Shown piece by piece: positions 11,741 through 23,070 of a stretch of DNA of 49,834 nucleotides. This DNA is from Mayamaea pseudoterrestris. Taxonomy: Eukaryota. The DNA lies in NCBI GenBank assembly GCA_027923505.1, contig BROI01000014.1, positions 868,001 to 917,834 on the forward strand. Direction: 5' to 3'. Made by a program: the position numbers and the translations under genes. How positions within the stretch are numbered: the stretch's first letter is position 1; each line of letters opens with the position of its first letter. The notes below the pieces were generated by a model. It was not told where the DNA came from. It saw nothing but the letters and a program-made list of their open reading frames with translations, and did not search any database.

Positions 11741-12074
11741 GACAAGGAAATGGCATGAGAAGTTGTACGTGAAACCTAGCAAAGCAGTGCGACCCGGATC
11801 GTTTGCACCTTCATTTTAACACTTACGTGAACAAAACAATCAATATATAGATAACGAATAGTATACATTGATGTAAATGTTGATAGGTCGTGAGTTGTGG
11901 CCGCAAAGAACAGTTACATCACGAAGATACACTTCAACATTGCCTGTGTCACGTATAAAACGCGATTTCGTCCTACCGGTACTCGACATCAATTTCGGAT
12001 GCGCGCCGCGACGCAGATTCGACCACAAATCAACTTAGAAAACCTTGTCAGATGGCCTTATCTATCGGCAAATC

Positions 12075-14327
12075 ATGCTCGAATCCATCAGATGCTTTAA
12101 ATTAATATCTAGGTCGTCATCTTACGGATGCATTGCATCATTGTCAGGGAGCCATGTCCATGCAAGAAGAACTGACAACGCTAGCGGCATGCTCGCCGAC
12201 TCGTTTGCCAATCAAATATTTCCGCGTTTGTCATCATCGAAACGCCGGCTACTTGAGATATCGCGTCGTCAATTCTCATCGCAAGTAAGAGACACGTCGC
12301 GTGACCCAGTCTCTCACCAGATTCAGTTGGATTTTTTCGGTGAACCCGTCACATTTTTGTCTGCCTCGTCGACGGATCATACGACAAACGCCATGGCCGC
12401 CTTGGACGGCTTTCTCCTGGCCGTCGTTTCCAAGGGCAAGACTTGCACGGATGGTGGAGAGGAAGCTGGTTTGCACATTAAATCGATTCATTCGGCAGCG
12501 GTCAGCTGGGCGGAGTTGTTGAGGCACGCGACAACGTGGAGCGGCGAACCAAGTGTGGCAAATGGCAAGGCGGCACCACTGCTGGCGCACGTTGCGGTGG
12601 CTCCCATCTTAGCGGGAGCTGGAGTCGCCTATGTGAAGCATTTAGACTCGCTACTGAGTCATGCAAAGCCGGCGGCTCCTGGGCTCCCCGTGATTCAAAT
12701 GATTGACCTTGCCGCATCTGCCGTGGCGCGAAAAGATGACGACTGTTTGAATCGACGCGAGCGACTGCACCTGGAAGCATTGGAGGCGCTTTTGCAGGAT
12801 GATCACTCCACGGCCTTGGCCATCATTCTTCGAATACTGCGTTTATGTCCTGGTGACACGTTGGCGCTTTCGCTGGCGATGGATCTTTCGCAAACAACCG
12901 GCGACAAGGACGCGGCGCTTCGGGCGGCTGGCACCGTTTCGCAGTACTGGCATGAGCGTCGAGGTGGAATGATTCGACCAGCCATGCCAGGTCATTCACT
13001 AGCGTCGTCTCTCATGGCACTGGGACTTGCTGTTGGAGGTCGTCACGAGGAAGCTGAGCAGATTGCAGCAAACGCGCTCAAGCAAGGCAAAAGTGTCGCT
13101 GGAGGAATTGCGACTTGGGCTCAAGCGCATGTGTTTGACGCAAGTGGCAGAGTATCGGAAGGAATCTCTGCGTTGGCAAATTTTGATGGAGTGGCCAACT
13201 ACATGGGTTCGGGGTTGTTTCATTTTGATTGCCGTCTGGGCGGCTATGGGGCGCGTTTTCATCTAGATCGCGAAGAACGCGGACGAGGCATGAGCAAAGC
13301 GCTTCGGCTCTACGAAGAAAATTTTGACAGAGTATTAGATTACAGTGGGTTCGCTCAAGGGCGACCATGGCAGCGGCCCGTCCACAAGGCGCCTTTGCCG
13401 TGGTCGGAAGTAACAAGCATTGCAGAAGGCGACAAGCCAAAGTCGCTCTTCGACAAACTGTTTCGAAACGATGAAGAAATCAAGGAGCAAGAGATGCAGT
13501 TTGAAATTATTACCAAGCAATCCAATTCACCTTCGCTGCATATTGATAACTTGGACCCTTCCGTTGAAGATATTCTCACATGGATACCACCAACGCCAAT
13601 GTTCTTGACGGAAGCAACAATGCTACTCATGCGTTTTACGTTGAACGGAACCATTTCGCGAAAACACCCGCGCTGGGATAACTTGCGCAAGGCATGGGAA
13701 GCGACACTGTCAATTCAGAAAAAGTACAGTACTTCCCTCAGTTTCTGTCCCATTGCCAGCGTTGCAGCGTCGCTTCTTTTGCCTCCAACTGAAACGGGCG
13801 GTGATGCGGTTGGTAATGGAGCGTTCGGTCAAGGGCTCTTCATGCTTGGCGAGAAACTGCAGCTCGGTAACTGGGCTGTTGTTGAGAGCGACGAAGAGAC
13901 TGGCGCGCTGGCTCAAATTACAGCGGATCGCGAACCGGACTTTTGGCTGCCTGTCTTGCCGGGCGAATCTCAAAATGACTGGAAACTCATCACTGATTCG
14001 CTTGCCACTGCAATCGATGGAGTTGACTGTACCAATCGAAAGGATGCTGTTTTTGACCATTCTTTGCAGTTTCGAGCTTGGACGTTTGACGCCAGACCAA
14101 TCTTGGAGCATGCGATCGTTTACGCAGCCTGCAAGGCTGGCGATATTGAAAGCCTATGCCTCGCCAGATCAATCTGCAGTCAAGGTGTGACGATTCGATC
14201 CAACTCGCCGGAAGAATGGTGGCGTTATAGCATTGTCCTTGGTTTACTGGGCGACGAAGTTGCTTCCGAAAACGCACTCAACAACAGCATCAACCTGGGA
14301 GGCGGTCAAGGTGCGCGCGCAGCATGA
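12075..14327 (+). CDS. TTC38-like tetratricopeptide-repeat protein with probable mitochondrial presequence
   Basis: Intronless ~750-aa ORF. RERLHLEALEAL...ILRLCPGDTLAL...SQYW...ALGLAVGGRHEEAEQIAANAL...WAQAHVFDASGRVSEG resembles the TTC38 core as I remember it. The N-terminus is R/S-rich (RRQFSS). Confidence 0.7.
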   Translation: MLESIRCFKLISRSSSYGCIASLSGSHVHARRTDNASGMLADSFANQIFPRLSSSKRRLLEISRRQFSSQVRDTSRDPVSHQIQLDFFGEPVTFLSASSTDHTTNAMAALDGFLLAVVSKGKTCTDGGEEAGLHIKSIHSAAVSWAELLRHATTWSGEPSVANGKAAPLLAHVAVAPILAGAGVAYVKHLDSLLSHAKPAAPGLPVIQMIDLAASAVARKDDDCLNRRERLHLEALEALLQDDHSTALAIILRILRLCPGDTLALSLAMDLSQTTGDKDAALRAAGTVSQYWHERRGGMIRPAMPGHSLASSLMALGLAVGGRHEEAEQIAANALKQGKSVAGGIATWAQAHVFDASGRVSEGISALANFDGVANYMGSGLFHFDCRLGGYGARFHLDREERGRGMSKALRLYEENFDRVLDYSGFAQGRPWQRPVHKAPLPWSEVTSIAEGDKPKSLFDKLFRNDEEIKEQEMQFEIITKQSNSPSLHIDNLDPSVEDILTWIPPTPMFLTEATMLLMRFTLNGTISRKHPRWDNLRKAWEATLSIQKKYSTSLSFCPIASVAASLLLPPTETGGDAVGNGAFGQGLFMLGEKLQLGNWAVVESDEETGALAQITADREPDFWLPVLPGESQNDWKLITDSLATAIDGVDCTNRKDAVFDHSLQFRAWTFDARPILEHAIVYAACKAGDIESLCLARSICSQGVTIRSNSPEEWWRYSIVLGLLGDEVASENALNNSINLGGGQGARAA

Positions 14328-14971
14328 TTAGGCTTGACGTATCGCATCCATTACCACCATGGCCTGCTTGCAAGCTGGAATGTTTGTTTTTTTTAATCTG
14401 TAACATTTGGACTTGCAGGCAGGCATAGTTCGCTTCATTACCGTGGCAATTGTCAAAAGACAGTTCAAGCAGCAGCCGAATTTCGGTTTGGGTCCAATCA
14501 GCTCGCTTCTCTTACTCTGACTTTCGATACTGGAAGCGTTTACAGCAGGCAGCAGCGTCTTGGTCATTGTCAATGAGCGTTTGGTCTTCCGCCACGACTT
14601 CCCAGTTGATCAACTTTCATTGCTTCCCTCAGCTCGTCTCTGCTTGTTGATTGCTGCATCCAGTGCATTGTCTTCGGCTGCTTTCCAATTGGGTCGCATC
14701 TTGGGTGAGTGTCGCAGGCTGTCTCGGAAATAATGACGATTTCGGCACGCACATGCACTTCGCCGGCCAGCAAGAGTCGGATGCTCGGCAACGTCATCCC
14801 ACTTGATTCCTCTATACTTCCCGCCATTTTTATAAAATTCGAGTGCTTCCGTTAATTCATCGTCTTCCTCGTCTTCCCACCAGATAGAACTTGCTCTGCT
14901 CCTGTTAGATCAGTCGACGGCGACAATTCTGATTCGGCGTCGGAGCTGTCACAAATGGTTTGGAATGACAT
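14328..14971 (-). pseudogene. Multi-repeat Myb/SANT-domain gene disrupted by frameshifts and an in-frame stop
   Basis: Hand translation across frames. R1 WWEDEEDDELTEALEFYKNGGKYRGIKWDDVAEHPTLAGRRSACACRNR. R2 NWKAAEDNALDAAINKQ..[frameshift]..LINWEVVAEDQTLIDNDQDAAACCKRF. Then TAA, then R3-like DWTQTEIRLLLEL. Confidence 0.72.
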
Positions 14972-15374
14972 TGCTATTTGCTATGAATAGTTCGATACAC
15001 TGACAAGTGAATAAACGTAAAACAATCTTAGTTGATGCGTTATTGCTATAGAGACTGAGCTGTCGACAAGTGAATTGTTGTATTTCGCTTCGATTAGTAG
15101 CGCGGTAGCAACCACTCGGTTAGCGTACCCGCAGCCAGAAGCGGTCATTTGCAACGCAGCTGAGCGCGAATATCTCTCGGCAAGGAAGTTATTCTTTTGT
15201 AAAAGAAGGCATGGACACATTTTGAAGTTCTATAATGATGATGTGCTTACTCTAGTAACCATGAATAGTGAAGGAAGGCGCCATGATCGCGTCCAACGCA
15301 GAATGTCCGACTAAACTGTCGTACCGTTATCTGCAGTCGTGGCAAAAAAGCGCGAGTGGGAAAAAAGTTTGCAC

Positions 15375-15446
15375 TTCCCTCACCCGGGCTCGAACCGAGG
15401 ATACAGCATTCAAAGTGCTGGGTGATAACCACTTCACTATGAGGGA
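15375..15446 (-). tRNA. tRNA-Gln (anticodon UUG)
   Basis: Reverse complement TCCCTCATAGTGAAGTGGTTATCACCCAGCACTTTGAATGCTGTATCCTCGGTTCGAGCCCGGGTGAGGGAA. Anticodon arm is CAGCA-CTTTGAA-TGCTG and a T-run terminator follows. Confidence 0.9.
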
Positions 15447-15519
15447 CTGACAGAAAAAGCTCCAATTTTTATATATAAAACCTGGTATGCAGTCAAAACA
15501 AAATGGCAAGGACGGATGA

Positions 15520-15829
15520 ATCAGACATACAATCAGGCCTGTCGGCTCCTCCTTACGGACTTGCATATGAGCCTGTTGTCCCCTTTCAAATGGCAAAGCT
15601 ACAGTCAGGCCCTCTTGGTACACTACAACCAGTGGATCATCATCAAGATCCCAGGTACAGTATCAAGGAACCACCAACCAAATTCTATGGAGAAAGGCCC
15701 TGCACTACAAAAGGCAAAGCTAGAGTCAAACCCTACAGTAAAAATTGTGGTGCTATACAGTCACACAGGGATCACGTCCTTCCGCACGCAAGTGCTGGGG
15801 CAGTGCCACAGACCGTGAGGTCCCCTTGT
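15520..15829 (+). mobile_element. LTR-like sequence, inverted homologue of about 19449-19655
   Basis: aaatggcaaagctacagtcaggccctcttggtacac...ggtgctatacagtcacacaggga...gcagtgccacagaccgtgaggtccccttgt aligns with the reverse complement of 19449-19655. The left limit is approximate. Confidence 0.7.
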
Positions 15830-18800
15830 CGATCAATCTCCAACAACAGCTCCACCATTTTGCCAGTGAAACAAACGTGTACCAATTCGTCCATGTCGGC
15901 CTGCATAAAAGTGCCTGGAACATCAACCACAGCAACCTCATGCCCTTCTATAGCGTCAATGATTGCCGTCAAAAATATGGCCTCCGTTGTGCTCGTGGGA
16001 GATGCCGCATCTTCCTTCACTGTGTACGCTCTTTGCTTGCATCCGTCTGCGCACCCGTGCCCCTTGACAGTGCCACACCTCTTGCACTTGAGAAACATCA
16101 AATACGCCAATGCATCCTTTTGCTGCTGCGGAGTCAAAGTGCAATGGGAGACTGCCTTCATGATGTGTCTGTTGTGTAGCTGCTGCATATCCTTGTGCAC
16201 TGCTTCCACACCAGTGTTGCCAAATGCCTTTGAACCTTGTTGCATGTTCATCTGTGCCATGACGAGTGGCTCTGACACTTCCTCTGCAGCGGCGAGCATG
16301 AACAATGAGCAAACAACCTAGGTTTGCATGCACGCAGGCCATACCAACCAGTGTGTGGACCATAGTGCGCATCAAAATCCTCTTTGTCTGCAGCTCCCTT
16401 GTTGGCTGGCACTCCTTAAATTTTGCCTTCATCATTGGGCACTCCTTCAATTTTGCCATCATCCACGGCCGGCATGTTGTCAAGGTTGCCATCAATGGCC
16501 TCACCGTCTGGCACTCCTTCGATTGCACTGTCATCATTGTTGTTGCTGTCGCTGTTGTTATCGCCATCAGTCGCATTCACTCCTTCGCTTCCGCTGGCAG
16601 AGTTGTCATCGCTGTGCGAAGCATAATCATCATTATCAGAGTTGTCATCATTGTCCTTGCTGTCATCATCATGCCACATGACTGGTTCAGTTGCTTCCGC
16701 ACCACGGTGGCGATCCATGAAAATGATGCCCGGATTGGCCTTCTGTTGATGAGCGAGGTGATGCACGTGCTCAATGACATCGTCAGGCATAGGCAAAGGT
16801 GTAACGTGACCACAATTCAGAATTTCGCCCAAAGACAAACTGTGGAAATAATACCCACCCTGCACATTCCCAGTTGGGCGCAAAGCCAGCGCACCGATTG
16901 TGCGTGCCTGCATGTCATTGCTGTGCGACTCGTGCGTCTGCACATACTGTCCGAATTCATACTTGCAATGCCAAGTAAAATCAACTGTCTGACCAGTCAC
17001 AATTGTGCGTGGGCTGAAATCCTTTGAAATGCTGCACTCATTCAAAAACGCATTCAACCAAAACACAGCAGACTTTGTCATCTCGAGAACCAAGTGAGCA
17101 GGCACGTGCTTAAATGGCAATGTGTTGTATGTTGCGCGCACGCGTTCCTTCATGACGCGGATAAACCAATCAATTTCACCAACGTGCTCATCCTCAGATA
17201 GAGCGTTGAGCGCCACTCTGAGATCCGCCAATACGCCAAGCATTGGTGCGAATTCGCCATCCATCAAAGCCACGATGACACGGAACCCACCGCGTGCATA
17301 AATCTTCAACACCGACTCAATTGCTTTCACCATAACCGGAAGCGTACGGTTTTGAATCACCTCAACCGTAGCAAAATGAATACTGTGGGAGAATGTCACC
17401 AACATAGGGACCTTGTTGATATACATAATGTCAGCATAAAGAGTAATGTCTCGATAGCGACTCATGATTGCAGGTGGAAGCTGCTCAACAATCGCAGGCT
17501 TCACCAGGTGCGACGCGCGACGCGTCATCTTTCCTTTCAATGAACCAACATCTGGCCCGAAGATGTGCTCAGCAGCCATGATGTCAGCCTTCATCACGGG
17601 ACAGTTTGGCAACTGATTGCTAGTGAGGATGCGCAGGTAATCCTTGAGGCTCGGCCGTCCAATTTTAATTTGCAATTCCCTAGCTTTAACAGCACGTAAA
17701 TAGTCATTATTGGTGTAGTTAGTACGGTTATTGTCTACCGTAGTCACCATCACCATGGCATCCTTGATGTCGCGCTTGCCTTTTGAAAAGCACTCGCAAA
17801 CATACAGCCCAGAGTCAGTCTCGACGAACTCTCGCTGCTTACCAACCGGCTTCACCACCACAAACTTTGGACGCTCCACGCCCAGCTTGAAATACTCCAC
17901 CATGAACTTCTTCCAGACTTGCGCCAAACTCAAAATGTTTGCCAGTCCCTGCGGATACCACCACACGGGCCCGTAGCCCTCCAGGTCGCCCATCATGTTC
18001 GTCCTCACTGTTCCAGCGTTGCACTTGATGACCATCCAAGTTGGAACCGGGCAAATGTTCTTCAGCATCTTGGCATTGCAGAACAGATCCACTGTTGACT
18101 GATTGTCCAAGAGTACAGCCTTTTTCAAAATGTTCACCTTTGGCGGCTGCGCGAACATGAGTACATCCGAACAAATCAGCTTGAATGTCCATGACTTGAT
18201 CCACAAGTTTGCAGCGCCCTTCGTACGTATGTGAGATCTCTTTGATGATTGCCAGCAACTGAATTCCGTCCGTGTCTTCCTCGGCATCTTAAAACTTGGC
18301 ATGCGACTTGACACAATCCTTCATACGCTCCGTGCATTGTCCATACAACACGGCGTAGAGGCCAGCAAGGAAGTCAGAGTACATGCGCACACGCTCAACA
18401 TGCTCTTTTTTTGTCAGCCTTATATTCCTTGAGCATTATGGAACAGTCCGAGTCCATCGTGTTGGCATCATTGACTGGATGCGCAGGCTCATCAAGAATC
18501 TTCAGTTCCACGTTGCGCATTCCCTTGAGCAGCTCCTTGGTATATTTCTTGAAGAAGCACCCAATGTAAGTGATAATTTCATTTGTTGTGCGGATGAATC
18601 CATCGGGATTGCGTGAACCGTTGTAATCGTAGATGTAACCAGCCAGTGTGGGCTCGCTGCCTTGGAAATTTCCGAGGCGCACAACTCGGTCCATTGAGTC
18701 TGCTTCCATTGCTGTTGCCTTGATTCCTGGCACAATTCCCAGCATGATTACCATGACAATAATGGTTGCGTCAGCTTCCTTCACTTGCTGGTGGAGCGGG

Positions 18801-18925
18801 AGGCGTTGCACCTCAACTGCTCGATGTCGCTCCTGTCATCGGAGTATTGCTCATCATCAAAGACATGTCTTTTCACTCCCTTCTTGGAGAAAATGTTGGA
18901 TCTAGAATATTTCTTGCGCGCCATT
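15830..18925 (-). mobile_element. Decayed Ty1/copia (CoDi-like) retrotransposon body: partial gag, protease, integrase, truncated RT
   Basis: Gag-like GSEPTLAGYIYDY...FIRTTNEII..YIG and LYGQCTE. Protease VLLDNQSTVDLF. Integrase ADIMYIN...MDGEF...EHVGEIDWFIR. RT start FLKCKRCGTVKGHGCADG...ASPT...VVDVPGTFMQADMDE, cut at ~15830. Stops, frameshifts and many R->C/H/W changes. Confidence 0.92.
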
Positions 18926-19279
18926 TAAGCAACACAAATGATTAAGCAGATCAGAGTCAATAAAACCACTTTACTTATTTTCTCCAAGAAGTGATCGTCC
19001 TTGATCCACTCCTTCTTTGCCGCTTACCGCGCTTGCTTAAACGTGACCGTCTTTGTGACATCATCCGTGTCGCTTTGGTTTGGGTTCTCATCATTGCTCA
19101 ACATAGATGTTTCCAGACATCTGCATTTTTATTTAGGAATTGCTAATCCTTTTCAGACTACAGAGGGTGAGGACGCGTTGCAAATGCTTCTGTACTGGAA
19201 CTGCATCATGTCAGATCATACACTTTGGTCTTTACAACAAACCACTCTCTCGGGCACTGGTGATGACCACTCCCATTGA

Positions 19280-19905
19280 TTTATTGCACACTACAAGGGC
19301 AGCTGAGACAACTCGTTCCTTTGCTGTTTGAGGCTTCAATCTACACAAGTCAGGCAGACAGAGAGATTAAAGACCAAGGTGTATTTCAAGCATCACTCAG
19401 ATAAATCAACTCCCTTGATTATTCTTAGGGTATATATTCTCGCGGTATGTACAAGGGGACCTCACTGTCTGTGGCACTGCCCCGGCACTTGCGCGCGGAA
19501 GGAGGTGTTCCCTGTGCGACTGTATAGCACCGCAAATTGTAGTGTTGGGCTTGACTGTATCGTATTGGTAGCTGGATGGTAGCTCCCTGGGATCTTGATG
19601 TAGATCTGCTGCTTGTAAAGTACCAATAGGGCCTGACTGTAGCTCTGCCATTTAGAGTGAAGGGCTTGTCTCCATGGTCGTATTCGAAGCTGGATGGTAT
19701 CTCCATAGACACCTGAGACCACTTTCATTTGCTGCTTGTAGTGCAGGGTTTGTAGTGTGGGGCCTGACTGTAGCTCTGCCTTTTGCAGTGTAGTAGTGCC
19801 TTTCCCAATGGCTCGTATCATATAGCTGAGTAGATACATGTGCACCTCTGCATGTAGTGCACAGGTGGGTGACGGTAGCTCTGCTATTGTGGTTAGGGCC
19901 TGTCA
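19280..19905 (-). mobile_element. Putative 5' LTR/leader of the copia element, with an internal repeated motif
   Basis: Non-coding sequence upstream of gag, homologous to 15520-15829. Motif ggcagagctacagtcaggccc occurs at 19629-19649 and 19760-19780, with a variant at 19867-19884. Termini not determined. Confidence 0.55.
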
Positions 19906-20275
19906 ATAATATTAATAGTATATGGATGTTACCTTTTTCCTATGTTATGGTACTGTACAGCTTTGTGCGGTCCTTATAGTTATCTGAAGTAATGCGTCAA
20001 TGTGACATTTAGCATTCCGACGGGTTCTGTACGTTAAAGTTTCATTAATTTACCGGTAGTCACACAAACACCTTGACTGACAGACGCGAGAAAATTTATA
20101 CTCACTGGACCCTACTTCGTATGGGTCAGTGATTTCTCCCACTCCATTGATTCTACACCATGGCTACTGTCCAAGAAGAAGAAGACATAGCTCCTCCATA
20201 CCATGAGGTCAACACAGGATGAGTGTGAGAGTTAAATAACTGGATCACCCTTGGGATGTAGAATAACAAACCATG

Positions 20276-21420
20276 TCACATAAGATTCAGGCTCTCCATT
20301 TGCCTACATTGCATCATCCCCAGAGTCCAAGCTTGTGCTACTCCATCCTCCATCACCGTCTCACCTCTCCAGAAATGCACTGGCCAAATTAATGGCCCAA
20401 ACACCGCATGGGGAAATAACTTGGTAAGCACGTCACTCGTGTTCTGCTTGCCCGAGAGGTGCTTGAAATGTAGCACTCCAAAGGCAATTGCTTTGCGAAC
20501 CCTGTGGTACGCAAGTGCATGGTGTTGCTTGGTAAGTGACGAGTGAGAAATAGTTGACAAAGCGACAATGCTCTCATTGTCTCCAAACATCCACGCAGGT
20601 CCATCCAATGGAACACCCATCACATACAGAGTGTACCGGAAATCCATAATCTGCTCTGTCACAGTCTTGGCAGAGACAAACTTGGATCCATACGTGGCAG
20701 TCTCAACGTGTTCTGTCTCTTGGACAACCACTCAACCAGAGCCTGGTTCAAGAAATGCAGGACACCCATGGCAGTGCGGCCTGTAGTATATACATGATAC
20801 AGGTTGGCGTCTTCAAAAGTTGTCAGACGGATGAATTTGCCCCTTGTCATGGGCATGTTCCATGGCTCCTCATCAGCGCTGTCTCCATAGACAGTCTATA
20901 CCCGCTCCACTGGCTCAGGTGCATCATGATGAGGAATGCCAAAGCAAAATGAATATCAGCATCCGGATACCGAGCAAGGTAGCCATCAATCCATTTCAAA
21001 CGCTAAAGATGGCCATACAGCGGCGCAACTAAAAAATGACCCATAGTGAAAGTTGTAACGAAACAAGCTTATTGCCCACTGAAGTGTCTTAATCACAGAC
21101 TGGTACATCCGAATACCCTTCACATCCAACTCATCAATATCAAGCTCAGAATGGTCAGAATCGTCCATGGGCGACATCCTCGGCTTGGCCTTCTCACCAA
21201 ACATCGTTTCATAGTTCTTGAGCAGCCGACCGATGTAAGTCTTGGCGCCCATGCACAGCGTTCCGTCAGGATCGCGGAAGAAGTCCGCACCCAAATGGTA
21301 GGAAATCGGACCAACACCTTTCAACTTGTAGTTGTACTTGGACTTGAGCTCCTCCGTGAAGGCCTTGGGATCCTTCATAGCCATGGCCAAATCACCACAA
21401 AGACACAGACGTACTCATAA
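20276..21420 (-). mobile_element. Second decayed copia (CoDi-like) fragment: RT C-terminal half plus RNase H
   Basis: YEYVCVFV[DD broken by frameshift]LAMAMKDPKAF...KLKGVGPISYHLGADF, then FEDANLYH..TGR, then VETATYGSKFVSAK...GDNES...HHALAYHRVR...NTSDVLTK. Confidence 0.9.
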
Positions 21421-21554
21421 TGCGTCAAGCAGCCTTCACTACATATCCATTGCCCATGTCACAGGAAGACCGTGAGTTTCTCGACAAGGTCATGCGAGAC
21501 GGCATCATTGACGAGAACCAACGCAAGACCATTCTTTGGGGTTCTCAGGTCTTA

Positions 21555-23070
21555 CAACATCTTCTCAGCACATCTTCTCAGCACATCTTCTCAGCACATC
21601 TTCTCAGCACATCTTCTCAGCACATCTTCTCAGCACATCTTTCAATGCAGATGTTTTTCTCATGCGTGAAAGTGAACGGCAAATTTTCATGGCGGAGCAG
21701 CGGTGCCTGCCCAAAGACCTGTTTGCTGATGCCACTGCCTCATATTATGATGTCCTCTGCTTCAAGCAAATTGTGGCAGCCTGCCCGCAACCGCACGGAT
21801 TTGCAGGTTCCCCAAGCCAATCTCCTTGAGCTCAACACCAAGTCCCAGAGCTCCTCCCGCTCCACCCTGGTGCAGCCCGGGTGTTTTTTGCAGTTCCAAG
21901 ACCATAAATACTGTTGAGACTGCAATGTACGGATCCGAGTTGGTTGTTCCCAAGACTGCAACGGAACAGACTATGGATTTCCAAACAACATCTTCTCAGC
22001 ACATCTTCTCAGCACATCTTCTCAGCACATCTTCTCAGCAAATCTTCTCAGCACATCTTCTCAGCACATCTTCTCAGCACATCTTCTCAGCACATCTTCT
22101 CAGCACATCTTCTCAGCACATCTTTCAATGCAGATGTTTTTCTCATGCGTGAAAGTGAACGGCAAATCTTCATGGCGGAGCAGCGGTGCCTGCCCAAAGA
22201 CCTGTTTGCTGATGCCACTGCCTCATATTATAATGTCCTCTGCTCCAAGCAAATTGTGGCAGCCTGCCCGCAACCACACGGACTTGCAGGTTCCCCAAGC
22301 CAATCTCCTTGAGCTCAACACCAAGTCCCAGAGCTCCTCCGGCTCCACCCTGGTGCGGCCCGGGTGTTTTTTTGCAGTTCAAAGACCATAAATACTGTTG
22401 AGACTGCAACGTACGGATCCGAGTTGGTTGTTGCCAAGACTGCAACGGAACAGATTATGGATTTCTAAACAACATCTTCTCAGCACATCTTCTCAGCACA
22501 TCTTCTCAGCAAATCTTCTCAGCAAATCTTCTCAGCACATCTTCTCAGCACATCTTCTCAGCACATCTTCTCAGCACATCTTCTCAGCACATCTTTCAAT
22601 GCAGATGTTTTTCTCATGCGTGAAAGTGAACGGCAAATCTTCATGGCGGAGCAGCGGTGCCTGCCCAAAGATCTGTTTGCTGATGCCACTGCCTCATATT
22701 ATGATGTCCTTTGCTCCAAGCAAATTGTGGCAGCCTGCCCGCAACCGCATGGATTTGCGGGTTCCCCAAGCCAATCTCCTTGAGCTCAACACCAAGTCCC
22801 AGAGCTCCTCCGGCTCCACCCTGGTGCGGCCCGGGTGTTTTTTTGCAGTTCAAAGACCATAAATACTGTTGAGACTGCAACGTACGGATCCAAGTTGGTT
22901 GTTGCCAAGACTGCAACGGAACAGATTATGGATTTCTAAACAACATCTTCTCAGCACATCTTCTCAGCACATCTTCTCAGCAAATCTTCTCAGCACATCT
23001 TCTCAGCACATCTTTCAATGCAGATGTTTCCCTCATAAATTCTGAACACAACTTCTCAGCACATCTTTCA
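21555..23070. repeat. Composite higher-order tandem repeat: (CTTCTCAGCACAT)n blocks of 6, 10, 9 and 5 copies separated by a conserved 353-354 bp spacer (3 spacer copies)
   Basis: 13-mer blocks start at 21561, 21992, 22476 and 22947. Spacers are 21639-21991, 22122-22475 and 22593-22946 and are near-identical. Confidence 0.95.

Noticed and set aside
15483..15495. tRNA-Met primer-binding site (tggtatgcag)
   Set aside because: Only TGGTAT matches the TGGTATCAGAGC consensus, and it lies upstream rather than downstream of the LTR-like sequence.
21555..23070. Telomeric repeat, or real proteins with HLLSTSSQHIFSA repeats
   Set aside because: The 13-mer does not resemble TTAGGG-type repeats. The peptide repeats appear in all three frames simply because 13 is not divisible by 3.
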